In this document: in pieces, positions 9,641 through 16,511 of the stretch
Position numbering within the stretch: the first letter of the stretch is position 1
Layout of the letters: every line of letters begins with the position of its first letter
Source: an uncultured Bacteroidales bacterium
Lineage (GTDB): Bacteria; Bacteroidota; Bacteroidia; Bacteroidales; UBA932
Reading direction: 5' to 3'
Length of the DNA: 24,000 bases
NCBI GenBank assembly: GCA_900316795.1
Contig: ONEF01000015.1
Span: forward strand, 40,519 to 64,518
Program-made: the position numbers and the translations under genes
Notes under the pieces: model-generated
What the model saw: only the letters and a program-made list of their open reading frames with translations
Told to the model about the DNA's origin: nothing
Database searches by the model: none

Positions 9641-11910
9641 AAAGTAGAGAGAAAATAAGGTCCGATTTCAAAAAGATAAAGGACGCTGCTTCAGAAAGAT
9701 CAATGAAAAAGAAGTCTTTCTGGACAGGCTTGGTTCTGATAGCCTTTGCGGCAGTTTTCCTGGAAGCCATTTCCCTTCTACAGGCGCACTATGCCAAGAA
9801 AGGAGTGAGGACCGAGGCTATAGCCAGGGCTGAAAGCCAGCTGAACTCGACCCGCAACAACATCCTGAATATTGTCAACCAGGTTGAAAGTGCGGTCAGG
9901 AACACCGTATGGGTAGCCCAGTGGTGCCTGGATGTTCCGGACAGCCTCCAAAACATCCCCAAGCTGATAGTAAACAACAACCCGATAGTAGCCGGTTCCA
10001 CGATAGCGCTTGTGCCAGGCTATTACAAAGACCGTCCTTTATATGCGCCTTATTCTGCCATCACAAACGGGGAGATTATGGACAAGACGCTGGCAACTCC
10101 AGAATACGACTACCCGTCAAAGGAGTGGTTCACAAAACCAATAGAAAAGGAAAAAGACTACTGGTCAGAACCATATATAGACACCGGAGGCGGAGAAATC
10201 CTGATGACAACATATTCCGTTCCTATCCGAGACAAGACCGGCCGCATAGCAGCTGTCCTTACAGCGGACCTGGATCTGGAATGGCTTTCCACACTTGTTG
10301 AAGGCCTGAAAATCTACCCTAGCGCCTTCAGCACTGTAGTCAGCCGCACTGGACAGATTATGGTCAGCCCGGCAGAAACACTGGTGATGAAAACCAACAT
10401 CAACGAATTTGCATCATCCGTCAAAGACTCCAATGACCTTAAGAAGCTCAACGCCGCAATGCTCAACAGAGAAAGCGGAAATATGCTGATCACGCACGAA
10501 GGCGAGAAGAACATGGTACTGTTCGGCCCTATAGACAGGACCGGCTGGGCTATCAACGTATTCATTCCTGAGAAGGAGATATTTGCCAACCTGGACAAGC
10601 TCAGCAGTTTCATAAGGATTCTCCAGCTGCTTGGACTCGTGCTTCTGTTCCTGATAATGAGATCGGTAGCCAACAGCCAGATCCGTTTCAAGGCTATCAA
10701 CGACAGAAAAGAAAAGATGGAAAACGAGCTCCACATAGCCAGCAGGATCCAGATGTCCATGATTCCGAAGATATTCCCTCCGTTCCCTACAAGGAAAGAC
10801 ATAGACATGGCGGCAGACATTGTTCCAGCCAAGGAAGTTGGTGGAGACCTGTATGACTTTTTCATCCGCGACGAGAAACTTTTCTTCTGCATCGGGGATG
10901 TATCAGGCAAGGGAGTGCCTGCATCTATGGTAATGGCCGTGACACGCAGCCTCTTCCGCAGCGTGTCCACCCGGGAAGACAACCCGGCAGACATAGTTTC
11001 TTCCATCAACGACAGCATGTCTGACATGAATGAAAGCAACATGTTCGTAACCTTCTTCTGCGGAGTTCTCAATCTGTCTGACGGGACTCTGAAGTACTGC
11101 AACGCAGGCCATAACGCTCCTCTTATACTCACTGACAGAATAGAGTGCCTCAATGTCGTACCTAACCTGCCTATAGGAGTTCTCAAAGGTATGGGCTACC
11201 AGCAACAGGAGACTTCTCTAAAATACGATGACGCCATCTTCCTCTACACAGACGGCATAACAGAAGCCGAGAACCTGAAACACGAACAGTTTGGCCTGAC
11301 CCGGCTCAAGAACACCCTCTCAGGCAGGAAAGCCTCAATTGAACATCTCAAGAATGTACAGACGGCTGTGTCAAAGTTCGTGGACGGAGCGCCTCAGAGC
11401 GATGACATGACTATGCTGTTCATCCACTACCTCAACAGCAACATAATGGTGGCAGGAGGCACTCCGGAGGCCAACAACGGCTTGAACGATAACTCTGACA
11501 GTTCATACAGCTTGCGCATCACCAATGACATACAGCAGATACGCAAACTTTCCGAACTTATAGACAAAATCGCTGAGGAAAATAAAATCTCCAACCAGCT
11601 CCACTCCAGCATAAATCTTGCAGTGGAAGAAGCCGTGACCAACGTAATATGTTATGCGTATGGAGAAAAGAAGAACATGCCTATAGACATAAACGTTTTC
11701 GTCCGTGAGGGAGAGATAAAATTTGACATCGAAGACTCCGGCAAACCATTCGACCCTACGGCAGCACCTAAGGCCAACACCGCCTCAGATGCTGACCAGC
11801 GCCAGGTAGGAGGCTTGGGAATACATTTGTTCAAAAACATAATGGACAGCGTAAACTATTCATACAGAGACGGCAAAAACATATTGTCATTGACAAAGCG
11901 CTTTATCTGA
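9637..11910 (+). CDS. Membrane sensor fusion: Cache-like periplasmic domain, then PP2C/SpoIIE phosphatase, then RsbW-like HATPase serine kinase
   Basis: 757 aa. TM1 is FWTGLVLIAFAAVFLEAISLL. A Cache-like region follows (EWFTKPIEKEKDYWSEPYIDTGGGEILMTTYSVPI), then TM2 LLGLVLLFLIM. The PP2C/SpoIIE block is AKEVGGDLYDF...IGDVSGKGVPASMVMA...YTDGITEA...DDMTML. The C-terminal HATPase_c_2 block is EEAVTNVICYA, DSGKPFD, GGLGIHL. Confidence 0.85.
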   Translation: MKSREKIRSDFKKIKDAASERSMKKKSFWTGLVLIAFAAVFLEAISLLQAHYAKKGVRTEAIARAESQLNSTRNNILNIVNQVESAVRNTVWVAQWCLDVPDSLQNIPKLIVNNNPIVAGSTIALVPGYYKDRPLYAPYSAITNGEIMDKTLATPEYDYPSKEWFTKPIEKEKDYWSEPYIDTGGGEILMTTYSVPIRDKTGRIAAVLTADLDLEWLSTLVEGLKIYPSAFSTVVSRTGQIMVSPAETLVMKTNINEFASSVKDSNDLKKLNAAMLNRESGNMLITHEGEKNMVLFGPIDRTGWAINVFIPEKEIFANLDKLSSFIRILQLLGLVLLFLIMRSVANSQIRFKAINDRKEKMENELHIASRIQMSMIPKIFPPFPTRKDIDMAADIVPAKEVGGDLYDFFIRDEKLFFCIGDVSGKGVPASMVMAVTRSLFRSVSTREDNPADIVSSINDSMSDMNESNMFVTFFCGVLNLSDGTLKYCNAGHNAPLILTDRIECLNVVPNLPIGVLKGMGYQQQETSLKYDDAIFLYTDGITEAENLKHEQFGLTRLKNTLSGRKASIEHLKNVQTAVSKFVDGAPQSDDMTMLFIHYLNSNIMVAGGTPEANNGLNDNSDSSYSLRITNDIQQIRKLSELIDKIAEENKISNQLHSSINLAVEEAVTNVICYAYGEKKNMPIDINVFVREGEIKFDIEDSGKPFDPTAAPKANTASDADQRQVGGLGIHLFKNIMDSVNYSYRDGKNILSLTKRFI

Positions 11911-11964
11911 AAACCAAAGGGTAAAGGCTCATTTAAACGAAACAAAAACAAAAAAAAATAAAAC

Positions 11965-12267
11965 ATGAAGATCAACACCAAAAGACAAGAAGGCATCGTG
12001 ACCGCCGAACTCGTCGGCAGACTTGATACCCCCGCATCGCAGGAAGTTGGAAACGACCTGCTGGTCCTTCAGAACGATGCAGACAAAACCATTATTCTTG
12101 ACTGCACAGCCTTGGAATACATCTCATCTTCAGGATTGAGGCTTTTTCTCACTCTCAGGAAAGCCGCCAGCCAGAAAGGCGGCAAAGTCATTGTGAAAAA
12201 CATAAATGACGACATCCGAAGCGTCTTTATGATGACAGGCTTTTTGAACTTGTTTGAGATTATTTGA
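11965..12267 (+). CDS. STAS-domain anti-sigma-factor antagonist (SpoIIAA/RsbV-like)
   Basis: 100 aa with ELVGRLDTPAS and ALEYISSSGLRLFL (conserved phospho-acceptor Ser context). Preceded by an A-rich leader. Confidence 0.9.
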   Translation: MKINTKRQEGIVTAELVGRLDTPASQEVGNDLLVLQNDADKTIILDCTALEYISSSGLRLFLTLRKAASQKGGKVIVKNINDDIRSVFMMTGFLNLFEII

Positions 12268-12299
12268 CGCACAAAGTCTCTGCACAAAAAGAAGGGATG

Positions 12300-12340
12300 A
12301 AAAAAAGGGGTGACCAGTAATTTGGCCACCCCCTTTCTGT
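12300..12340. terminator. Bidirectional rho-independent terminator between the convergent STAS and hsp20 genes
   Basis: AAAAAA-GGGGTGACCA-gtaatt-TGGCCACCCC-TTT. A 10-bp GC-rich stem (one mismatch) is flanked by an A-run and a T-run, so it can terminate both strands. Confidence 0.6.
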
Positions 12341-12366
12341 TCCTGGAGTCACTCCAGATAGCGCTC

Positions 12367-12804
12367 CTACTTGACCTCTATCATCCTGTGCTCTTCTGTC
12401 TTAGGCTCCTTCACAATCTTAGGGAGATGAACATTCAAGACACCGTTCTCCATCTTTGCCTCAATCTTCTCCCTATCCACGTCGTCAGGCAGAACCAGAC
12501 TCTGATGGAACTTCTCGTAAGAGAATTCACGCCTCAGGAACCTACCCTTCTTTCCACCCTCTTTCTCTTTGTTCTCGGTCTTCTTCTCCATATTGATTAC
12601 AAGGTTACCCTCGCTGTCGAGCTGAATCTTGAAGTCCTCCTTTGAAAGGCCTGGAGCCGCAAGTTCAAGTTCGTACTCTTTTTCGTTTTCAATTACATTG
12701 ATGGCAGGAGCCGTATAATTTGTCCTTTCCATCCAGCTGTTGTCGAAGAAATCATTGAATATCTCTGGCAGCCAGCTATTTGAAGTTCTTCTTACAGGTA
12801 GCAT
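12367..12804 (-). CDS. Hsp20/alpha-crystallin family small heat-shock protein
   Basis: 145 aa with an alpha-crystallin domain pattern: AINVIENEKEYELELAAPGLSKEDFKI, FLRREFSYEKFHQSLVLPDDVD, ENGVLNVHLPK. Confidence 0.93.
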   Translation of the reverse strand: MLPVRRTSNSWLPEIFNDFFDNSWMERTNYTAPAINVIENEKEYELELAAPGLSKEDFKIQLDSEGNLVINMEKKTENKEKEGGKKGRFLRREFSYEKFHQSLVLPDDVDREKIEAKMENGVLNVHLPKIVKEPKTEEHRMIEVK

Positions 12805-13087
12805 AATACAACAGTTTTTAATGTTCAGCCGTCCGGTCTGCTATCTTGAACACCCAACATCCGCAAACCTTCTTCGCTGATCCGTCATTCAGACAGACAC
12901 CTTGGAATCTGCAAACCCGGTGCCAGTTCCAAAACACCTCAAAAAACTCCCTTCCAAAACCTAAAAACCTGAAAAAAAGGCACAAACAACTGCTAAAAAG
13001 TCATTCTCCAACCTTAAAAGAAGACTTTTTGGCAAACCAAAGCCATAAATCCTTAAATTCGCTCCCCGAAACGAAAAAGCTATTACA

Positions 13088-13900
13088 ATGAACATTGTTT
13101 TATTTGCACCCAATTCCTTAAAAGCATCGCTGAGAACCTTTACGGCAGCTATGATGGCTGCACTTGCCTTGACTTCCTGCAGCAAGAGCGAGAAGAACAT
13201 TCCGGTTGAACAGATTGAGATACGGCCCAACAGCATAGAAATGTTCAAGGACCAGAGCATTTCCGTAAACATAACCACTTTGCCTGAAAACGCCACCAAC
13301 GCTTCTGACCTCCAAGTAACTACCGGTACACCAGCCGTGGCCTCATACGAAAACGGCAAGGTAACAGGCGTATCTGCCGGAAGCACCACCCTAACTGCCA
13401 TCTGCGGAGCCGTAAAGCAGACCGCCACCATAAAGGTCTATTGGACAATGTCCAGGAACGGAACCTCCCGCCCTATCAAACAGACCTCCGGCTTCAAGTA
13501 CTTCATGGGCTCATCACAAGTTGACTCCTACGATGTGGACTTCTCTGACGGCTCAGAGCATTTCAGAATATGGATACCAGCCAAACTTCTGGGCAAGACC
13601 ATAGACATCTCCAAGCCTCTTCCTGCGCTTACAGAAGACTGGGATTCCTGCTTCCTGAATTACAGAAGCAACGACTACCAAAACGACTGCACCATCTTCA
13701 TGCAGGCAGATTCCAATCCTATAATCAGAAACAGCGACTGGGACATACTCCCGCTGAATCCTTCAGGCACATTCTCACTTAACCTGATCCCGTCCAAAGG
13801 CTATGTGGCAGACATAGACATCAGGCTCAGCAACGGCCACACCTGGAAGCTCCACTACGAAGGCCCCATAGCCACAGAAGAACGGGGAGAAAAGAGCTAA
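13088..13900 (+). CDS. Lipoprotein with a bacterial Ig-like (Big_2-type) domain; function unknown
   Basis: 270 aa. The signal peptide ends in lipobox LTSC. The stretch IRPNSIEMFKDQSISVNITTLPENA...GKVTGVSAGSTTLTAICG...ATIKV has the Big_2 pattern. Confidence 0.7.
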   Translation: MNIVLFAPNSLKASLRTFTAAMMAALALTSCSKSEKNIPVEQIEIRPNSIEMFKDQSISVNITTLPENATNASDLQVTTGTPAVASYENGKVTGVSAGSTTLTAICGAVKQTATIKVYWTMSRNGTSRPIKQTSGFKYFMGSSQVDSYDVDFSDGSEHFRIWIPAKLLGKTIDISKPLPALTEDWDSCFLNYRSNDYQNDCTIFMQADSNPIIRNSDWDILPLNPSGTFSLNLIPSKGYVADIDIRLSNGHTWKLHYEGPIATEERGEKS

Positions 13901-13904
13901 TCCT

Positions 13905-13960
13905 CCCGCACAATCCTGGAATTGTAAAAAAATAAAGCAGTTTTTTAATGAATGTCTTGC
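13905..13960. repeat. Repeat copy A (partial, right half only)
   Basis: cccgcACAATCCTGGAATTGTAAAAAAAtaaagcagttttttAATGAATGTCTTGC. The core is shared with copies B and C. The AATGAATGTCTTGC extension is shared only with copy C. It starts 5 nt after the lipoprotein stop codon. Confidence 0.85.
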
Positions 13961-13975
13961 AGAATACAATCCATT

Positions 13976-14545
13976 TCATACCTTTGCATCAGACAATGGC
14001 GGCTGAGGATATATCTGGGGATCGTGCCCAGAGGAAGATTCCCCGGCCGCTTTATTATACAGCACCTTTTCTATCTTCCCACTGCCCAGTTTTGATATAT
14101 CGCGACCAAAGACCGTCGAAATATTAGACACCAATATATTTCGCCCTATACTATTGACATTCAAGCCAACACAAATATTCTTATCTTTAATGATTGCCGA
14201 TGTATAGACCCTAAAACTTCTGCCACTTCCACCATAACTGCATATCGCCAGTGGTTCATTGATTACTTCCATTATCTCTAACCACAACTCCTCAGAAATA
14301 CTATGAAACGCATCCTTTGAATGTCTCTTTTCAGATATAACTCTTCTGTTAGCCGTTATGGCACCGTACATTCCATATTTATTCAGAATCTTACCTGTTA
14401 CCCCTATTTTGAAATAAGCCAAAGGAAGTTTCTCTCCCCTTTTCTTTTTCTGTATAAGCTCAATAAAACCAGCAAGATCAGATCCATTTCTCTTGTCATA
14501 CTCTTGTATCTTCCTGCCTATTGGAATAAAAACTTCCATACCCAT
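13976..14545 (-). CDS. Hypothetical 189-aa protein; weak resemblance to phage/conjugative-element Barnase-EndoU-ColicinE5/D-RelE-like (PBECR) nuclease modules
   Basis: Uninterrupted ORF in an AT-rich segment with its own copy of the repeat-borne promoter. The pattern SEKRHSKDAFHSISEELWLEIMEVINEPLAI...FRVYT...ICVGLNVN...VSNISTVFGRD recalls PBECR-type domains (KRH..H, then helix, then beta-strands). This is recalled from memory and not verified. Confidence 0.5.
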   Translation of the reverse strand: MGMEVFIPIGRKIQEYDKRNGSDLAGFIELIQKKKRGEKLPLAYFKIGVTGKILNKYGMYGAITANRRVISEKRHSKDAFHSISEELWLEIMEVINEPLAICSYGGSGRSFRVYTSAIIKDKNICVGLNVNSIGRNILVSNISTVFGRDISKLGSGKIEKVLYNKAAGESSSGHDPQIYPQPPLSDAKV

Positions 14546-14562
14546 CTACAACTAGAAAGGTA

Positions 14563-14644
14563 CAAAGCTACACCCAAAACCTACTCAGCACCAAGCCAAA
14601 CGGTAAAAATAACCCCGCACAATCCTGGAATTGTAAAAAAATGA
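14563..14644. repeat. Repeat copy B (left half plus core), carrying a minus-strand promoter for 13976-14545
   Basis: caaagctacaccc...agccaaacggtaaaaataaccccgcACAATCCTGGAATTGTAAAAAAAtga aligns along its length with copy C. On the minus strand it reads TAGCTTTG (TAnnTTTG) 17 nt before ATG 14545, with TTTG motifs upstream. Confidence 0.85.
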
Positions 14645-14670
14645 GGGGAATATAGTCAAACTTCTGACTT

Positions 14671-14706
14671 CCTCAAGATCAAAGGTTTCCTCAAGATCAA
14701 AGGCTT
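14671..14706. repeat. Direct tandem repeat, 2 x 18 bp
   Basis: CCTCAAGATCAAAGGTTT then CCTCAAGATCAAAGGCTT, head to tail, between the small-gene fragment and repeat copy B. Confidence 0.9.
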
Positions 14707-14723
14707 CCCAAAAGCGCCATCGC

Positions 14724-14765
14724 CTACTTGTACTTCTGGAAGTTATACTTTTCTCTCAGCGATGC
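14724..14765 (-). pseudogene. Duplicated 3' fragment (last 13 codons plus stop) of the small Cys-rich gene at 16086-16277
   Basis: 14723-14765 is identical to 16085-16127 (43 bp) and encodes ASLREKYNFQKYK*. Similarity continues with 2 mismatches into the 9 bp past the stop (14714-14722 vs 16076-16084). There is no start codon and no upstream coding sequence. Confidence 0.8.
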
Positions 14766-14778
14766 TGTAACACGCCCG

Positions 14779-15789
14779 TCACTTTTTGAGCTTCATCCTG
14801 ATCTGCCCCACCTCATCGGCCAACTGGACAGAAGACGGCAGATACAGCTCGTAACGGCTCGCCATAATTGTTTTGTTATCTGCCGGCAATGCCATTTTTA
14901 CTACAGTATCATTCTTGCTGGAACACAGCAGTATACCTATAGTCGGATTCTCTTCCTCCAGTTTCTCGCACCTGTCGTAATAGTTTACATACATCTGCAA
15001 CTGCCCCAAATCCTGGTGTGTGAGTTTTCCCGTCTTTAATTCCACAACCACAAAACACCTCAACAATCTGTTATACAATACCAGATCAACAAAGAACTCG
15101 TCATCCTCAAGCATTATACGCCTCTGGCGGGCAACAAACGAAAAACCTTTTCCCATTTCCAGCAAAAACTCGGTCAGATGGTCTATTATCGCACTCTCCA
15201 GATCTTTTTCATAGTACGATGGCCTTCTTTCCAACCCCAAAAACTCAAGCATCATCGGGTCTTTAATGACTTCTTGAGGGTTCTCCGGTATTCTATCACG
15301 TCTGGCGACAGCAAGAACAGACTCTTTGTCATTGCTTATAAGAAGTCTTTCATACAAGCCTGAGTAAATCTGGCGTTCAAGTTCCCTGCTGTTCCATCCA
15401 TTGTTCACTGCCTCAAGTTCGTAATACTCTCGTTTATCTTCATTGGGAATCGCTATAAGTAACTTATACTGAGTCCAATTCAATTGTGAACGCAGTGCGT
15501 GCACAATTGGATAAGTAATGAAAAACTGTCTACATAAATTCAGTTGCCTCACCCCAAATCCACTCCCATATTCCGGCTCAAGCCGCTCCGCCAACCTTTT
15601 TATCAGATAGCTCCCGTACTCGGCCCTGGCCTTCCCATGTTGCTCTTCCTCAAATATCCTGCGCCCGATATTCCAGTACATCTGAACACGGCTGAAGTTC
15701 ACGCTCCTGACGGCCCCTTCTCTAGCCTTGTCTATAATTCCCTTTATCTCCCCGATAAAACCTTCTTTCACAATCTTAAACTCATCCAT
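14779..15789 (-). CDS. DUF1016/YhcG-family PD-(D/E)XK nuclease domain protein
   Basis: 336 aa. The N-terminal part (RVQMYWNIGRRIFEEEQHGKARAEYGSYLIKRLAERL, GFGVRQLNLCRQFF) and the C-terminal nuclease core (FVDLVLYNRLLRCFVVVELKTGKLTHQDLGQLQMYVNYY) match my recollection of the family. Confidence 0.85.
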   Translation of the reverse strand: MDEFKIVKEGFIGEIKGIIDKAREGAVRSVNFSRVQMYWNIGRRIFEEEQHGKARAEYGSYLIKRLAERLEPEYGSGFGVRQLNLCRQFFITYPIVHALRSQLNWTQYKLLIAIPNEDKREYYELEAVNNGWNSRELERQIYSGLYERLLISNDKESVLAVARRDRIPENPQEVIKDPMMLEFLGLERRPSYYEKDLESAIIDHLTEFLLEMGKGFSFVARQRRIMLEDDEFFVDLVLYNRLLRCFVVVELKTGKLTHQDLGQLQMYVNYYDRCEKLEEENPTIGILLCSSKNDTVVKMALPADNKTIMASRYELYLPSSVQLADEVGQIRMKLKK

Positions 15790-15813
15790 AATACAGTGTC
15801 TCTAAATCCCCAT

Positions 15814-15919
15814 CAAAGCTACACCACACAAACACCCCAAACAAGCCAAATGGTAAAATTGACCCTGTACAATCCTGGAATTGTAAAAAAATGAATCAGT
15901 TTTTAAATGAATGTCTTGC
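15814..15919. repeat. Repeat copy C (full length), carrying a minus-strand promoter for 14779-15789
   Basis: It contains both the left half shared with B and the right half shared with A. The minus strand reads TAGCTTTG 24 nt before ATG 15789. Confidence 0.85.
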
Positions 15920-15985
15920 TACTGCCGAGTGCTGAATCTCGGCGATGGCGCCTTGCAAACAACAACTGGCTATCAGCAGATCCCC

Positions 15986-16020
15986 AAAAGCACCCCATAA
16001 AAAAGGCAGGGTGCTTTTTC
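15986..16020. terminator. Candidate bidirectional terminator downstream of the small Cys-rich gene
   Basis: AAAAGCACCC-cataaaaaaggca-GGGTGCTTTTT. A 7-bp stem is flanked by A and T runs, 66 nt past the minus-strand stop at 16086. Confidence 0.45.
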
Positions 16021-16085
16021 TCAGGCATACTGACATTCAACTACTTACAAAGCACCATCGCCGATTAAAGTGCAAACACCATCAC

Positions 16086-16277
16086 CTACTTGTACTTCTG
16101 GAAGTTATACTTTTCTCTCAGCGATGCCTTCACATCTTCATTCTGGTGCCTGAAATACCCCTTCCATCCCGGGCAGAAATTGATATGCCATCTCCAGAAC
16201 CTTCCTATCAGAGACTTAGGGTTCTTGTCATACCTTGCCCTGAACGGACATGTCTCACAACGATACTTCTTTGCCAT
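16086..16277 (-). CDS. Small Cys/His-containing basic protein (63 aa), function unknown
   Basis: ORF MAKKYRCETCPFRARYDKNPKSLIGRFWRWHINFCPGWKGYFRHQNEDVKASLREKYNFQKYK with CxxC...H..FC, a possible metal site. Its 3' end is duplicated at 14724-14765, and a terminator-like hairpin lies downstream. Confidence 0.55.
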   Translation of the reverse strand: MAKKYRCETCPFRARYDKNPKSLIGRFWRWHINFCPGWKGYFRHQNEDVKASLREKYNFQKYK

Positions 16278-16296
16278 AATTATATATTAAACAAAT

Positions 16297-16452
16297 CTAT
16301 CCAAGCACCACATCCAGCACCATCATCAGGGCAAACCCAAGCATCAGCTTCTGCATCCAGGCAGAAATCTCCTTTTTCAGGCAAAACACGAACCCTGCCC
16401 CCCCTACAGTTCCTGCCAGTGGTATCATCAATGCTGTCAGAATCTCTTTCAT
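16297..16452 (-). CDS. 51-aa hydrophobic ORF not in the supplied track; possibly a 5' fragment of a ZIP-family metal transporter
   Basis: My translation is MKEILTALMIPLAGTVGGAGFVFCLKKEISAWMQKLMLGFALMMVLDVVLG*. The pattern G.G...VF..KK.(8-10 aa).LGFA.G.M resembles the N-terminus of ZupT/GufA-type transporters. A TATATTTG -7 box (minus strand, 16460-16467) precedes it. Confidence 0.35.
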   Translation of the reverse strand: MKEILTALMIPLAGTVGGAGFVFCLKKEISAWMQKLMLGFALMMVLDVVLG

Positions 16453-16459
16453 CTCGGCA

Positions 16460-16511
16460 CAAATATACCAAGAAATACTTTTATTCTCAGCGACAAAGAA
16501 GTATTATCTTT
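16460..16511. promoter_or_regulatory. Divergent promoter region with two TAnnTTTG boxes
   Basis: Minus-strand TATATTTG (16460-16467) lies 7 nt upstream of ATG 16452. Plus-strand TATCTTTG (16504-16511) lies 12 nt upstream of ATG 16524. The plus-strand context ATTATCTTTGCAA is the same as at the recG promoter. Confidence 0.4.

Noticed and set aside
12846-13091. The 81-aa plus-strand ORF in the hsp20-lipoprotein intergenic region
   Set aside because: Its sequence is low-complexity and Lys/Pro/Gln-rich, derived from an A-rich spacer. It has no recognisable motif or promoter box and overlaps the start of the lipoprotein gene.
13911-13932. ACAATCCTGGAATTGT followed by A7 as a rho-independent terminator
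   Set aside because: Only a 5-bp AT-rich stem can form (ACAAT/ATTGT). The A-run follows the stem on the plus strand, and on the minus strand the T-run precedes it, which is the wrong geometry for either strand.
14671-14706. The 2 x 18 bp tandem repeat as iterons or a replication origin
   Set aside because: There are only two units, with no AT-rich unwinding element, DnaA boxes or rep gene nearby. It is recorded as a repeat feature only.
13905-15919. The three repeat copies as a CRISPR array
   Set aside because: There are only three copies of unequal length, spaced about 650 and 1250 bp apart with full genes between them. No cas genes are present and there is no regular repeat-spacer periodicity.
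13905-15919. The repeats as integron attC sites (a CALIN-type cassette array)
   Set aside because: I could not recognise the R/L core sites (GTTRRRY and RYYYAAC pairs), and there is no intI gene in the window. The repeats sit 5' of the genes and carry promoters, the opposite of promoterless integron cassettes. The cassette-like logic is kept as a finding, but not the integron label.
15941-16062. The 11-bp inverted pair GGCGATGGCGC / GCACCATCGCC flanking the terminator hairpin, as an invertible (phase-variable) segment
   Set aside because: A 10/11 match within about 120 bp is not clearly beyond chance in 24 kb. The enclosed 100 bp carries no promoter, and no invertase gene is nearby. It is mentioned only as a recurring motif inside the cassette finding.
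16280-16471. The 63-aa minus-strand ORF from the track (MVYLCRDERDSDS...)
   Set aside because: Its composition is implausible and it has no promoter box in register. It overlaps, in a different frame, the more coherent 51-aa hydrophobic ORF that starts 7 nt after a TAnnTTTG box.
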